A DNA stretch of 64,000 nt, taken from positions 372,001 to 436,000 of the forward strand of contig ML978124.1 in the NCBI GenBank assembly GCA_010015805.1. The letters run 5' to 3'. Of the stretch, positions 36,720-50,852 are shown one piece after another. Each line of letters opens with the position of its first letter. Positions within the stretch are counted from its first letter, which is position 1. A model generated the notes under the pieces. That model made no database searches, was not told the DNA's origin, and saw only the letters and a list, made by a program, of their open reading frames with translations. The position numbers and the translations under genes were made by a program. Source of the DNA: Rhizodiscina lignyota. Taxonomy: Eukaryota.

Positions 36720-38557
36720 TCATTCCCGTTCAAAGTCCTCATCTGCACCGTACTCAGAAACGACCCATCTACAAAAGTCCTCCCACGACGCGAGCCATTC
36801 TTGCAGTCTCGTAGCCCGAATGCTCTTTCCAACCGCACCCATTTTTATCTCATGCAGCCACTCTTTAGACGAACAATCTTCAAAGGCAGCCCAGCGGACG
36901 CTGTTTTCCGCGAGCGAGCCCAGGCCAGCCAAACCAAGATTGTCCCAGCCTTGCAATGCTTGCCAGAAGTCGTGTGTCATGCCGTTCGAGCCCTGTCCAA
37001 GAAAAGCTGGGTCGTCGTTGCTCAACGAGCAGGGAACGCCTCTTGCGAGAAGTGAAGGCAACGGATGTGACATAATGGAGGCGCTTAGTCGAAGGACTTC
37101 ATTCGAAATGGGACAACTTTCAATGAGGATCTTCTTGTCTTTGACCATGTCGATGAGTAGTGGGTGCTTGTAGAGAGAGAAACCGTGGCCGATACGCCGA
37201 GTACCGAGAAGGATGGCGTCGAAGAGGTTCTCGTCTGTGCTGTCACCGTCGCCGAGGCATTCGCCTGCGTGAAAGAAGAATGGAATGTCGACTCCTTCTT
37301 CGACACAGCGCTTCTTAAACCAGAAGATCTCGGGCACGAGCTCGGCGAGGGGGCGGCCTAAGTCTTCTTGGCCGACGAAATCAAACCCTGCAACAAGATC
37401 TGGATAGAGCTTTTTCATTTCGATGCACTCCTTCATAGCCCCGATGATCATCTTCTTATCGAATCGTCTGATACCAGACCAGATGATGCGAGCTCCCCAG
37501 AAGTTTTTCCCTTCTTCGGTAGCTTGGAAAGCTTTCAGTTCTTCTCCGAACGCCTTGAAAAATTGAGAGTAATCCTCGTCGGGATCATCTGCACCTTCGC
37601 GGATGAATGGTGCAACAAACCCGTGGCGGAGTTCTACATACTGAACCCCATCCTGTCGAAGCTGTTCGAACATTCTACGGATCCACTTCCGAAATATCGG
37701 TTCATAGAACAGGAGCGAGCCGATAATTGGGAAAATCGAAGTGAACTTTCTCCAGACTTCATTGACGCCTTCATGGTGCTTGAGCGACTCTTCGTATGTG
37801 ATAGTGAGTCGGGATCGGAGCCAGTTGACGAATTCTTCCTCACCTCCAGAGAAACTTTCGGCTGCCTTTTTGATGGATATGAGGGCATTCGGTGGATACG
37901 ATTCCGTCCAGATAGAATTGTTTTGGCTCGAGACGGTCTTGCAGTACTGGAAGATGAATGGCGCTTTTAGAAGTTCGTTGGGAGTCTGAAGCGGGGCGGT
38001 GGCCTTGATGTATATGCCTTCTGTCTCGAAGAGCTGCTTGAGAAGCCAGTCCAAGTCGACCATGGCCTCAAGATGGGAGTGTAACAAGGCACCTTTCGGC
38101 ATGCGCCGCACGATATTCCACAACTTGCTCTTCTCCATGCGATCCCTCGCTAGCATGAACATCATGCCTGGATACGCATTTGCCCGCTCGCCTGACAGGC
38201 TGTCCTCGTATTCTGGCGTCCATAGTGTTTGTTGCTCCTCAAAACGAATCTGATCGACAATGGCACATGCTTCGAAAGCGGTAGGAGAGAGGGCTTCACG
38301 GAACAGGCGGTCTTTTCAGAGAAGCGAGTCGTATTAGTACGTGCTTCTTGGGTAGTTTCGCAACGCCATGGATCTCACCAACCGCTGCGCTTCTGTTTCT
38401 CTTGAGCCACAAGAGCATCTCGGCCGTTCAGATACTGCTGAATGAACTTGTCCTCCATGCGCGGAACCCCTTCGGTGGCCTCCCACTCCTCGTCAGGGTC
38501 CATGTCAGGTTTGATGCCCCAATTCGCGTACGCCGGGTGATCTGTAGACGTGCTCAT
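36720..38557 (-). CDS. Adenosine deaminase, ADA2/CECR1 (ADGF) type; start ambiguous (38668, 38557 or 38503)
   Basis: Intron 38382-38312; MPKGALLHSH, GFDFVGQED, FFHAGE, TRRIGHG, ESCPISN, SNDDP motifs. Confidence 0.92.
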
Positions 38558-39064
38558 GCCGTGGATATGCCTGTAGGCGAAGGTATTCGTGCTGGAGTCG
38601 AGGAGGCGCGTGAGGTATAAGTGGGGACTCGACAACGAGGGGCGGAGCTTCGCGCTGAGGATCGTCATAGACAGTCACGCGTACCTTACCTCGACTGTAG
38701 CTTTTCTTTAACCACCGCACTTGGTCGAGCTAACCCGACGCTCACCTATCGCATACTACACCTAAAGCCTATGTACACTTTATGTTCGAGAGCTAAGATA
38801 CAGTCGGAAGAACTCATGTACCGCAACGCCTTCAACGTCTTTCCCTCATGCTGCCATCTACCGTAACCGTTCGTCTACGCAGGCGTAGCCTGACCATCGA
38901 TATCGATCCGAGCTCACTCACCGCCCTGAGACGGCGGTGCGTGTCTGGCTGGCATTTCACGAAAAGTCTTTTCACACGTTCTATCACGACTTACGAATGT
39001 GTTGTCGCTTTGCCCACCCTCGTACCCTCGATCCAACGATAGTACAACCTACGAGCTGCCCACC

Positions 39065-42000
39065 ATGGCGTATTTCCTGCCCTCGTCCATCCAGAAGCGG
39101 TTATTACGATATGCACTATCTCGTCTAGAGCTTCTCGATACCGATGCATTAGACTTGGAGAACCTTGACATTGCGTGGGGCAGAAGAAGTACAGTTGAGC
39201 TGAGAGATGTCGGCCTCAGGATACAGGTGCGAGATAAATGCTGTTAAGAATAGCATTAAATACTGACTCGGCATTATCATATAGAAACTGGCGACATTGT
39301 TGCATCTTCCTGAAGAACTCCAGCTCCTCACGGCTCGAATCCTGCTCCTGCGCGTTACTGTACCGTCCGATATCTACAATAGTGGCATACAAGTCGAGCT
39401 AGAAGGTGCTCATATCGTACTCCAGTTGGCACGCGAGAGCGCAGATCCATCCAACCCTGCGGCGAAAGACAAGAAATCATCAGGGAGACAGCGACAACAA
39501 GCAAAAAGGAAGGACGAAGATGACGGTATACCGACGACGCGAGATGTTGCGAAATCGTTTCTTGCAGAGGAGCCGCTGGAGGAGAAAAAAGAGCTGGAAG
39601 CTGCTATTCTCTCTCAATCGCAGCACCTGCAGGATTCTGACATACTCAGTGAGGATGGAGATGGCGAACCAAACGTCGGAACGGGCACGGGACTAGCACT
39701 ACCAAGTTTTCTTGCCAAATTTTTGCAGGGCATCGCAGACAGGCTGGAGGTGACAATTTCAAACGTGAATTTCGAACTCAGGGCCGAGTTGGATTTCTCA
39801 GACATATCTTTTCGAATGACAGATCAGCCGAGCGCGTCTGTTCTTGTCCATATTGAAAGAGTCGGACTCGAAGGACTCACGTCCATCTCAATCCCCACTC
39901 CTGGCAGGACCGAGACAACAGACGCGGCTGAAACCCCCCGGCCTGGCAAGCGGAAAGTCCTTCTAGAGAGCCTCTATGTACGTCTACTTTCTGATCCTGC
40001 CATCTTCTCAAATCTATCGCGAGTACCCAGTGTGGCATCCCCTGCTGAACCACGATCGCCCCGTTCGGAACGAACAAATGGTTCTCGGACTGGGACAAGG
40101 TCTTTCGGTAGTCCTGCATCATCTCCAAGTCTGTCGCGCATGGCCACTGCGTTCGCAAGGGAGTCTTCCCCACCAAGGACGAGTCCAGCAAATGGGCTAT
40201 CATTTATGAGAGACTCTTCTCCATCAAGCATTGCTGCCACAAGTGGCCAATCCAGACGATATCATTCCCCTTCACCAGCTGTCGAGCGGAGCAGGCGTTT
40301 CTCTTTTGCCGACAGTGAGAGATTTGCCGACGCAAGTGACGCGGGCTCCTTGGCAGATGTCCGCTTCGATGCTCATCAAGATCACCTCTCAGCCCACGGA
40401 AGTGTCGATCTTTTAGCCGCGAGTACTAGCAGTAGCACCGTCGACGATCAGCCGTATCTTGACTATGCTATTGATCAAGAGATTCCAGTGCCTGAACTCG
40501 AGGATCAATTCGACAGCCAGCATGATCTGATTTCCGCTGATATATCTCGGAGTGACCAATCCACCGAAGAGCGCGAATATTACGTCGAAGGGCCTTTGCA
40601 AGGACGGTCCTCCCGTCATCTTGCTTCTACCTCTCCAGACATCTCCAACCGTCCCTCTACTGGCACTGCAGCACATTCTGGCACACACTGGACCGTTTCT
40701 CAATCTCAGCCCTTGGGTAGCGGTGGTCCATTACCAGCTGCTGAAGACCTGACTTCAAGGGGCCCTCGTGGCCTAAAACCAGATCCTGAGCAGTCCGAGC
40801 AGAGGACACCTAGCCCAGCGAGCAGCAGTAGTCGTTCGTCGGGTGCAAACTCTGGAGATATGGCTGAGTCCAAATTGTATAGCCATGAAGAAGCCGAGAG
40901 CATGTATATGAGCGCTTTCAGCGAAGCTCCTACGTCCAACGAAGCAATTAACATTCCCGGAGGATGGCAAGCTGATAATCCAATCCCGCAAGGACAAGTC
41001 GTTAGTTCCATGCCAACTGATGGGCCATCTGACTCGCCAGCTCCGATTGAGAGACGTGAAGACCTTGACGAGGAAGGCTGTGCAACTCCACGGCCGGCTT
41101 CGCCAGCCCCTTTGGCTGCTGTCGTGTCCACGGCTGCTGACAATGCAACGGACACAATTCCTCAGAGCCTAGAAGACGACAAAGCATCGATTCCACCTTC
41201 AGATACAGATGAAGTGAAATCAGATCCTTTAAAGTCTCTTCCAAATAAAATCGCAAAGGATATTTTCTGGATAGATCAAGTATCAGCATGGGTTCCAACG
41301 AAACAGCAGTTCTCCCCGACAAGTCCATCCCAAGCAGAAGAGCCGATCGCTTGCATCGATGCGTCACAATCAGAACTTAGACCCCTCCCAGGATCGTTTT
41401 CGCAGTACGCCGATTCAACTACACTTTCGCGTAAGCTAAGCGCCAAAAGGTCTTCCAACTCTACCACTTTACCTCCCCAAAAAGATGGGGGTATTGGACA
41501 GGGCCTTCCCCAGGAGACTTCGCCTGCAGATTCACTTTTCGAAATCTCTATTGGTTCAGTCACCACCAAGGCAGATATGTCTGTCTGTCGTGTACTGTTC
41601 CAGCTTGTGAAGCAAATACAGCATATGATGACACCTTCAGAGAATGGGCATCCTGGACCTTCTGCTAACAGTGCAAAACTACCGGAAGACTCGAGTACCC
41701 CGTTTGCCTTGGCCATCAAGCACCTCTCCTTCGTATTTGTGGAGCAAATGCCACATTTCTCGGCAGTTGAAGCACTTTTCGAGCCTCATTTGGAAACTTC
41801 GGTCGACCAGTCGGAATCGGCGTTGCTCCTCGTCGGTTTCGCAAACGTCCAAGTTTCATCCAGTGCGAAACGAACAATCCGTCTTGCGATCCAAAGATTT
41901 ACACTCGGCGTGGACGAAGACCCTATTATTTCGTTTAGTGCCTCCACATCCGTTAGGTCCACTATGTCTATCAAGGATGCCACCGAAAATGATATTGACA

Positions 42001-45000
42001 TCAGATACAAAGCATCTTCAGCCGGAAACAGCCTGGATATTACAACTCTTCCACTGCGAATAATCTTGGATGTGCAAAAGATTGACGATACTCTAAGCTG
42101 CTTTGGAGGTCTCAGTGGCATTCTGGAGCTGAGTAATTCGATGTCTTCTGGCAACGCTGTAACTCCTTCACCCGTCAAAACGAGCTCCCGGCCAAGAGGC
42201 GTTCGATTTGCTGGCGAGCCAGAGGTGTCACTGCCGACTCCGTTGTCTGGTTGGAAAATTCAAGGCGCCTTCGGAGGGCTGCATGTTCTCCTCACGGGAA
42301 AAACCTGCGGAGTATCACTCGATACGACCACACTCCGGGTTATTGGTCGTGAGCAGGGCATCAGAACAACGTTCTCTAAGGTGCGGCTCGCTGGGCCGCT
42401 CTTTGACTCAATTACAGCTGCTCCACCTCTGAGCCTACACTTGGAGCGCTCTCAGGTTGATTTCTGGTTCACGCCTGAAGAGTCCGATTTGACGAAACTT
42501 GTCTCCCTAATAACTCCTTCTCGCGACAAGTTCGAGGACGATGATGACATCCTTCTTGATACACTCTTGCGACAACGGAAGAAGGGCTCATTACTTCGCG
42601 TTGGCGTGGGAGAATCTCGAGTAGAAGTGGTAGACTTGGATGCTCTGAGCTCTCTTCAAAGTTTAGGTGACGAACTATCCAAGCTCTCAAATGTTGCCAA
42701 GTATCTACCCGAAGATGATCGTCCTGGTATCCTCACGATGCTTACCATTGAGGATTTGCGAGCGCATGTCACCGTTAATCGTCACTTTGGACTTCTTCAG
42801 TCACGAATGCGCAATGTCCGCTTCGGCCATGTTGGCATTCCTCCTCTACTGGCGCTGGGCATTGACCGCGTGTCACTGACGCATGGCAACGACACGCGCC
42901 TCATCACGGAGGTTCTAGTGAAAGATGCTCAAGATATCCCCATGATCATGGTTCGCATTATCGCGGACGAGATGGTTCCGACCATCAAAGTGAAGCTTTT
43001 CAATGTCTGTGTAGAGTACCGAGTCGCTACTCTCTTGGCTGTTATGGGGCTAGTGGAGGAAGAATCTTCGGACGATCTGACGAAAAGTATGGCTTCCTCG
43101 ATAATCACGATCACGCATCACGCATCCAAAGCCATCATTCAAAGACAGGGCACCGAGAGCAGTCTCGGCAGCCCAAGCCGAACAGCGAAACAGACACATT
43201 TGGACCTGCTTTTCCGGGAATGTGCGTTGGGACTGAATCCCCAGGGAATGCCAAGCAAGGCTCTGTTCTTACTCTCCGATACAAAGTTCCACACTAAGAT
43301 ACCTACTGGGACGGCGATCACTGCGTCACTTGATGTGCGGAAAGCGTTCATGCTTATTGTCGATGACGTTTCAAATCTCTCGCCCGGCAGCACATCGACC
43401 GCCAGGTCGAACTTAGCAGTGACAGGGACTCCACATGTCTTGGAGCTATGCAGTAGCGGGTTTGTCTCTATTGGATCGATTTCGAAAGCTGCAGTATCTG
43501 TGCACAGTTTCGAAGATGATGAAGGCACCCGACTCACAGAAGTAGCTGTCAGGAACGAGCTCCTCATCATGGAGACGTGCGCCGACTCAACGCATACTCT
43601 CACGAAAGTCCTTGGTGCCTTAGCGCCACCAACGCCACCAACCACAGCAACACAATATCGCACCAAAGTTATGCCAATGGAAGATATGATGGCATCGTTC
43701 ACCGGAGATGCGTTCCTGGAGAAAGAAAGTGAAGCGACGGATGATGAAACAAAGCTGGACGATGACGAAACCATGGGACTAGACCATGTTGGAAGCTTCT
43801 ACAATCCTGACGATAACCTCGCTTCCGAACAAGCTGTCGAGATCCCGCCGAACGACGACCTAGCCTTTTTAGCTACTGCACCTCTGCCTCCCGACCAGTC
43901 CCTGCTTGAGAGCTCTCAAGAGCGATATCACATCTCCCCTGTCGATGAACCCTTCTTCTACGAAGATGACTATTACTCGAGGCAGGCGGGTACCAAAGGC
44001 ATGGCTCGCAAATGGGACTCTGCAAAGAACGAATATGGCATCACTAGCGAGTCAAAGGTTGCAAAGAGCCCTCTCAAAATTCACGTTCATGACGTCCACT
44101 TCATTTGGAATCTATTTGACGGGTATGATTGGGCGAAGACGAGGCAGACCATCGAAAAGGCTGTTTATGACGTCGAAGCCAGAGCAGAAGAGCGCAGGCG
44201 AGAGAAGCGGCTCTCCTCTCCAGAAGATGACGAGGAAGACGTCGTGGGCGACTTCCTGTTCAATTCAATCTGGATCGAAGTACCGCCGAACCGTGATCCT
44301 CGAGAATTGGCCCATCAGATCAACCGCAACATGGACGACTTGGCTAGTGAGACTGAGAGCTACGCTGCAACTACAACAACAATGTCGCCACCAAGATCAA
44401 CCGCACCTCGACCAAGGAAAAAGAGGCTTCGGCTCCAGCGAAGCCGACATCATAAGATCACCTTTGAATTGAAGGGCGTATCAGCTGACGTATACGTCTT
44501 CCCTCCGCACTCCGGTGAGACACAGAGTTCCATCGATGTTCGTGTGGGGAACTTGGAAGTTTTCGACCACGTTCCCACCTCTACTTGGAGGAAATTCGCC
44601 ACATACATGCAAGACGCTGGAGAACGCGAGATGGGCAAGCCAATGTTGCGCCTGGAACTCCTCAATGTCAAGCCTATTGAGGATCTCGGAGCATCCGAGA
44701 CGGTCCTCAGAGTTACGGTTTTGCCACTGCGACTGCACGTCGATCAGGATGCGCTGGATTTCATTACACGATTCTTCGAGTTCAAAGATGATACAGAAAA
44801 GGATCAACCTACCTCTGGAGACCAGCCGTTTCTGCAACGTGTAGAAGTCAACACAGTGGCCATCAAATTGGATTACAAGCCTAAAAAGGTGGACTACGCG
44901 GGCCTTCGTTCCGGTCACACGACAGAGTTTATGAATTTCTTCATCTTGGACAGCGCCGACATTATACTTCGGCATTGCATCATCTATGGCGTTTCCGGTT

Positions 45001-45793
45001 TCGATAAGCTGCACAAAACATTGAATGACATCTGGATGCCTGATGTACAACGTAATCAGCTGCCCGGAGTGCTCGCCGGATTGGCCCCTGTTCGGTCGAT
45101 TGTGAACGTTGGCACCGGTGTCCGCGATCTGGTCTACATTCCAATGCGAGAGTACAAGAAAGATGGTCGGATCGTCCGCAGCGTCCAAAAGGGCGCCATG
45201 GCGTTTGCTCGCACGACAACTAGCGAGCTTGCCCGCCTGGGCGCCAAGTTGGCAATAGGCACGCAAACCGTTCTGCAAGGCGCTGAAGATCTACTCGCGC
45301 CGCCTTCCGCGGCCGCCACGTCCTCCCGACGCCATGGTGATGGCGATTGGGACGATGAGGCTGACACGTTTGATGAAGACGGTCCCTCCGGAGATGAGGC
45401 CCGTGCCATCTCCCATTATGCAGACCAGCCCATCGGAGTACTTGCAGGACTTCGTGGCGCGGCGAGAAGTCTCGAACGTGATCTGCTTACAGCGAGAGAC
45501 GCCATCGTCGCTATTCCGGGCGAGGTCATGGAGAGTGACAGCGCAGGTGGAGCGGCAAGAGCGATTGCGAGGAGAGCTCCAACTGTAATTTTGCGACCCG
45601 CCATCGGCGCTTCGAAAGCGGTTGGGATGACCCTATTAGGCGCAGGGAATGCATTGGATAAAGAGAGTAGGAGGCGCATAGACGATGTAAGTGCAACGTA
45701 CCCTCGCCTGCGTGCAGCGTGCATGCATTTCTTCACTCAATGAAGACGGAAGTTGGCTAACGCTTTGACATGCAGAAATACAAGAGATTTTGA
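39065..45793 (+). CDS. ATG2: Autophagy-related lipid-transfer protein Atg2
   Basis: [22 protein letters not shown]-terminus, an intron, a 2148-aa exon with [43 protein letters not shown]; final GTAAGT intron to KYKRF*. Confidence 0.97.
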
Positions 45794-48700
45794 AATCTGC
45801 CTCGTGTCGTTTTGGGTCATAGGGAAGATGCACGTCTGAAGCATTTGGATTTTCACGGGGAGATCCGCAGGATTTCTGCCTAAGGTGAAGCCTCGAAGGT
45901 TGATTCGCGCACTGCATCAAGCGTCCTCCAGGCGTTTCAGGTTATGAATGGGGCATCTGGCAACTCTTACTGCATTCGGTTACGAAGTACATGTACAAGG
46001 TCATGCATCAGGTCATCAGAGATATCACTGTACCGATAACTTGCACTTCCTTCCTTTTCCGCTTTACAAATCAAGCCAATCATGGCGCTGGAACCAGCTT
46101 CTGCGGCGTGTACACCTGACTGCCGTCGGCGTACTTTTTGACGTATCCAGCCTTGCTCTTGACGTCCATTCATCATGACTACGTAGCCTTGTCGATTGCC
46201 TTTATGCAAAAGGTCATGAGAGACTGAATCACCTTATGCTTCGATCATCTCGGCCCATTATCAAGTTGCATCCCACGCCTAGTCCACAATGATGACTGTT
46301 TGACGCGAGCTTTGTTAAAAGAAATGACTAAAGAGGGGGAGCGAAAGTTGGTCAAGGTAATCGCCTTGCCGAAGCGCGTCTCCTCTCCGCAACCGACCGT
46401 TTGGTTCCCTTCACATGCATCCTACAGCTCGAGTCTCACGGTTTTTCCCTTCCACTAAGCCAATAGAGCTCCCCAGCGCGCTGCAGGACGGGAAGCAGAC
46501 GCGAGATTGAACCCTCTTGCGGCGCCTCCAAAGCTACAGTCCGTCCACGTCAAGAGGGAGGATCGACGATGGTAGCTTGTCCTGACGAGATACGCGCACC
46601 ACCGCAAACCCGCCTATTCCACGGTGCAGCACAGCCATTTTGCTCCCATCCCCGCGGCGATCAAGACTTGTACGGAGAGATTAAAAGCAGCTAGCACTAG
46701 AAATGGCGGCAGCGCGGGCGGTGCCGCTTGGAGCGTGCGCTCGGAAGGCCCTATGCGGACGTCACGACTCCCTCCAGCGTCTCCTTTCCCTCTACTTGAT
46801 GACTGCAGTCTTTGGCGCTGCGAAGCTCGTTGTCTCAAGGGGGCCATTGCGACCCAGCTGCTCCTGATGCCAACTCATTCGCGGGGGCTGCCTTTTATTG
46901 TAGGCCGCTGATGGTGGATGTTCTCTTATCCGGCTCTAACCTCGCCTGCAGGCCGTTCCGTCGTTGCCGAGACGAGAAATCGCCATGCCATTCGCACAAG
47001 GGAGCAGTCGTCCACAGCGTAATGTAAAATTTGATGTCCTATCCTGTGCCTCCTGGTCCACTGTTGCTTTGGGCGCGACTGGCGCCGCGTAATGAGGACA
47101 CCCTCGTCGAGCGTGAGAGTCCTTTCGACCAGCCATAGCTCCAGGACGATTCAACATGATCTACTCGAGGATCATTGGCAGCACACTCTGGGCATGGCGC
47201 GTTTGCTGAGACCCAGAACGTTCCTGTGCCCAGTCAAGCACGCCACGACGGTGGTCCGCGTACACACTTGCCACGACAGCTGGAGCAACTGTACACTCGC
47301 TAATCAGAACACGAATTGCTCAGATCTAGAAGGTTCCAGTATCGTATACTTGGTTCTACATCGATACATTGCTTCCAAGAACAGCCTCCCTGACCCTGAT
47401 GCGGCGCGGCGCCTGCGCTATGCATAGAGTCAAGTCTCTTCCACCATTCTGTTCGCAGCTCCTCGTTTAATCTCCTGCCTCTTACTCTTTCCACGCCGGG
47501 TCGCTTTGGCGGACGACACGTTTCGAGACGCACTCAGCGTGCTTGTTGTCAATATCTGAAGCGTTCGCGAGCGTTTTGGTGGATCTCACGGCCGTTGATG
47601 TCATCCGCCACTGCCCGCAAGGTTGTCGAGCAAAAGCCTCATTTGCCTTTTTTCCACCTTGCCGATCTAGGATCATGGGAGCAAACCGATTCTGGCGACC
47701 AGCATATGCTGGCTCCATTAAAACACTTTTGATCCCAGAGGTGCGGAAAAGCTGGGCGCTAAAACGGGGGGAAGACGGCTTCGAATCCATATGGCCATAT
47801 CAACGCACTTTATAATCAAGCCAACAACGCCAGACCCTAAGCGCCAGATTGAGCTCGGGACGCGCCGCTCCCGCAGGGCGGTCGGCGGGTACGTGCCTAA
47901 GGCACATCTCCCACCGTTTTCACATGAGTCTGGACGTTTGGGGTAATGCAAGATTTGTCGCTCCATTTGGAGCACCATTTCCACAACTTTTGGAATTAAT
48001 TTTCTTAAAATCTCATTCAATTCTATCGTTAATACGCTCGGCAGAGTCGCCGAGCATACCTTGCGTATCTAAATATCTCTATGCCGCCGGTACTACATAC
48101 ACGCGTAGTTCATCTGCATCGGGAGCGGAATAAATTTGATTCGGAGTGTGAGCTTATTTGGTCCGTCTGATATTCTTTGTTTCTATGTTACTTCCACACC
48201 ACAAATCTCAAATTGCACGTCTACGTTTATTTCGTACCTGGTACACACAAGCGAACGTCGTTCTGTTACACCAAGCACGTGTCTGTACCTGCGTCCTGTT
48301 GTGTGACCGCAGATTCCAGATCCATGGCCTCAGTCACGTCACTCTGCCTGGCGAGCGCAAAACCGCGCGACTGTGCTCGCAGCCGGAAGCCGAAGCGCGG
48401 CGGTCACATGGGCGAGCGTCCATCAAGTTCAGCATGCTACTATGCCGCGCGGATGCTGGTATGTCTCTAACAGACCGACAGGATGCTGCTGCGCCTCAAA
48501 CGCCGAGCAGAGCAAAGCCACAGGCACACAGTCGCAGGACACGCTCTAGCGCCGGATCTGTGTGGACGTTGATCGGCCGCGGGACCTGCAGCACCCCTTG
48601 GATTGTTTATGATGACGACACTGAAAGGATGATCATGTCGAAGAGGCAGAGCTGTCGCGTTGAGGACAGCAAATTCGCCCGGCCATGAGGGCATGTGGCA

Positions 48701-50852
48701 TATTTCCATTTACCTGTGTGGCTGATAGGCCTGGACTTTTCCCCGAGGGACATGCCACTCTTTTCTGCTTCCGTCTGCTGGCTGTTCGCAATGTATATCA
48801 GTGCCGATTGAACCAAACGCAACTGCAATGTGGGTTCTTTCGGGCAGGTCGATCAGGGAATCAGATAAAGCATATCACTGCCATTCCGTCGGTGGATAGA
48901 CGGGGCGATGCCTCTACTAAGAATGGAATGGAGGGTTACTCGTGTTCTCAAGCAGCAGGCAACTTTTAGCCTGCGGTCATCAATGCTACGTCCGCGTTCG
49001 CCGCAACAAAATGTGCAAGCGAATGTACGCGGAAACATTTGCCTGAGTGAGAAAGGAAACGTTGCGCCTCTGTCGAGGCGTCAGGATTTGTGGATTTGCG
49101 TCATCTCGGCAGTGCTCCCAATTCGAATTGAGATCCAGCCAGATGGGACGAAAAGCGGAGAGTGAAAATCGGCAGTATCGCGTGCCATCGAAAACGGCCT
49201 TATTTCGCAACAGAGCTCGACGATCCCGGACCACACATTGCTGCACGAAAGATGCAAAGCACAATGACAAGGCGCACCCCATGCCGTCCCGCCGCCGTGG
49301 TAAGAGATGGCCCCTTCGAGTGAGCTGCAGGCCGCGGATGTAGGCCGCTGCTTCCCCGCTGCACGTCGAGTGCTCTGCAAGGCTCTGGCAGCCAGATTTG
49401 CAGCGTGGTACATGGGCGGAAGCTGGGTTTCGCTCGTGGAGGTGCGTGGGTGTGGAGCAGGCATCTCAGAAGTCGCTCGAGGCCCAGGTTCGGGGCCGGT
49501 ATTCGGTGCGGGCCGAGCAGTACAGTGCTCTGCTGCTGTACAGCGACCAGCGGCCAGGCGCGTCATCATGCGAGCGGCGATGTCGAGCGGGGTGCGGGTG
49601 CAGGACGCTCGAGTTCTGGCAGACGCTGCGCCGCCGCAGCGCGCCTGGAGAGGGCTGTCGACGGTACTGGTACTTAGGGTAAAGGCGATTTGGAGGCCTC
49701 GAATGCGGGAAGAGCCGCCAAGTGTCCACGGATATTCCCTGATGGCTCGGAATGACAGTGGATTTGGCAAAATGCTGCAGCGACCGGGGCGCGACGTCGA
49801 CGTCGAAGCACACTGGCCAGCGTCTCTCGTGTGCGCTCGTGCTCTCACGGTCATGCTATGCTCTGCTCGTGCTCGCCGTCTCTCTGCCTGCCACAATGCC
49901 TCTGCTCTGCACCCCAGGCGTGCGGCAGCTGCTGGCGAGCGCGTTGCTGAGCGACACGGCGTATGCAGGGCTCGACGTTAACGGCGCAGCGTGCTGCAGA
50001 CGCGGCCTTCCGTCCAGAGCAGCGCTGGGCGTGCAATTGGCCGGCGAGGCTCGGGCGGGCGGCGCTGGGGTAGCTTCGACGTTGGGTGAGCGCGAAAGTG
50101 ACTGATCATCCTGCCGGCCAGCGCGCCTGTCCCTGCTCAGGCTTGCCGAATCGGGCGGCGTTCGCGCTGGGGGCGCACGCCCTGGCGAGCCTTCGAGAGG
50201 CCCTTCCGCATGCATACTGTGGCACGTCTGTGGTAGGCGCCGTGAGTGTGGGGAGCTCGAGCTGCCGAGCTGGTCCTAGACACTCTGATCTGTCCGATCG
50301 CTGCTCGCCACTAGGCACGCACGCGATGGCCGGCTCTGGGATAAGGGTCGAGCGTAAGAATGCGACGGCGGCAGCGAGTATTGCAATCTCTCCGACACTC
50401 CAATTGCTTGCTCCAGCAGCGCGACGCTCCAAGCGCCGGGGGCTCCAGCTACACTAAGCAGCGCAATTGGAACGACGCGCAGCGATTCGCCTTACGCCTG
50501 GGATCTTTTCGTGCTCACCCTCCGACGCCATCAACACCTGCTGAACAGTGCATGAGGCCCGGCCCTGAATGCGCCGCTTTCCAACGGCTGCTGGTATGAC
50601 GATTTCTCAAATGCCTGCTCGCATGCAAGCCCTCACGTAAATGGTCAACACGCCGTAAATTTTCCACCTTGACTTCATATCGCGCACTATCTTAATTTTC
50701 ACCACCCACCTAATCGCTGGAGCCCTCACCCTGACCTTCGCTAGCGAGCGCTGGCCTATATAGCTCCCGCTCTCGCCCGCTATATCAAGCAATTGACCTC
50801 GCCCGCCTGGCGATCTTCAAGCCCACTCAGCCTGGTGCATGAAAACAGCACT

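Noticed and set aside
44481..45278. 265-aa minus-strand ORF and other antisense ORFs inside ATG2, RPB2, ADA and NUP2
   Set aside because: Antisense shadows of well-supported genes.
49081..50457. ORFs of 224-271 aa on both strands upstream of the GT2 gene
   Set aside because: GC-rich, Arg/Ala-rich, no codon bias or domain; better explained as promoter DNA.
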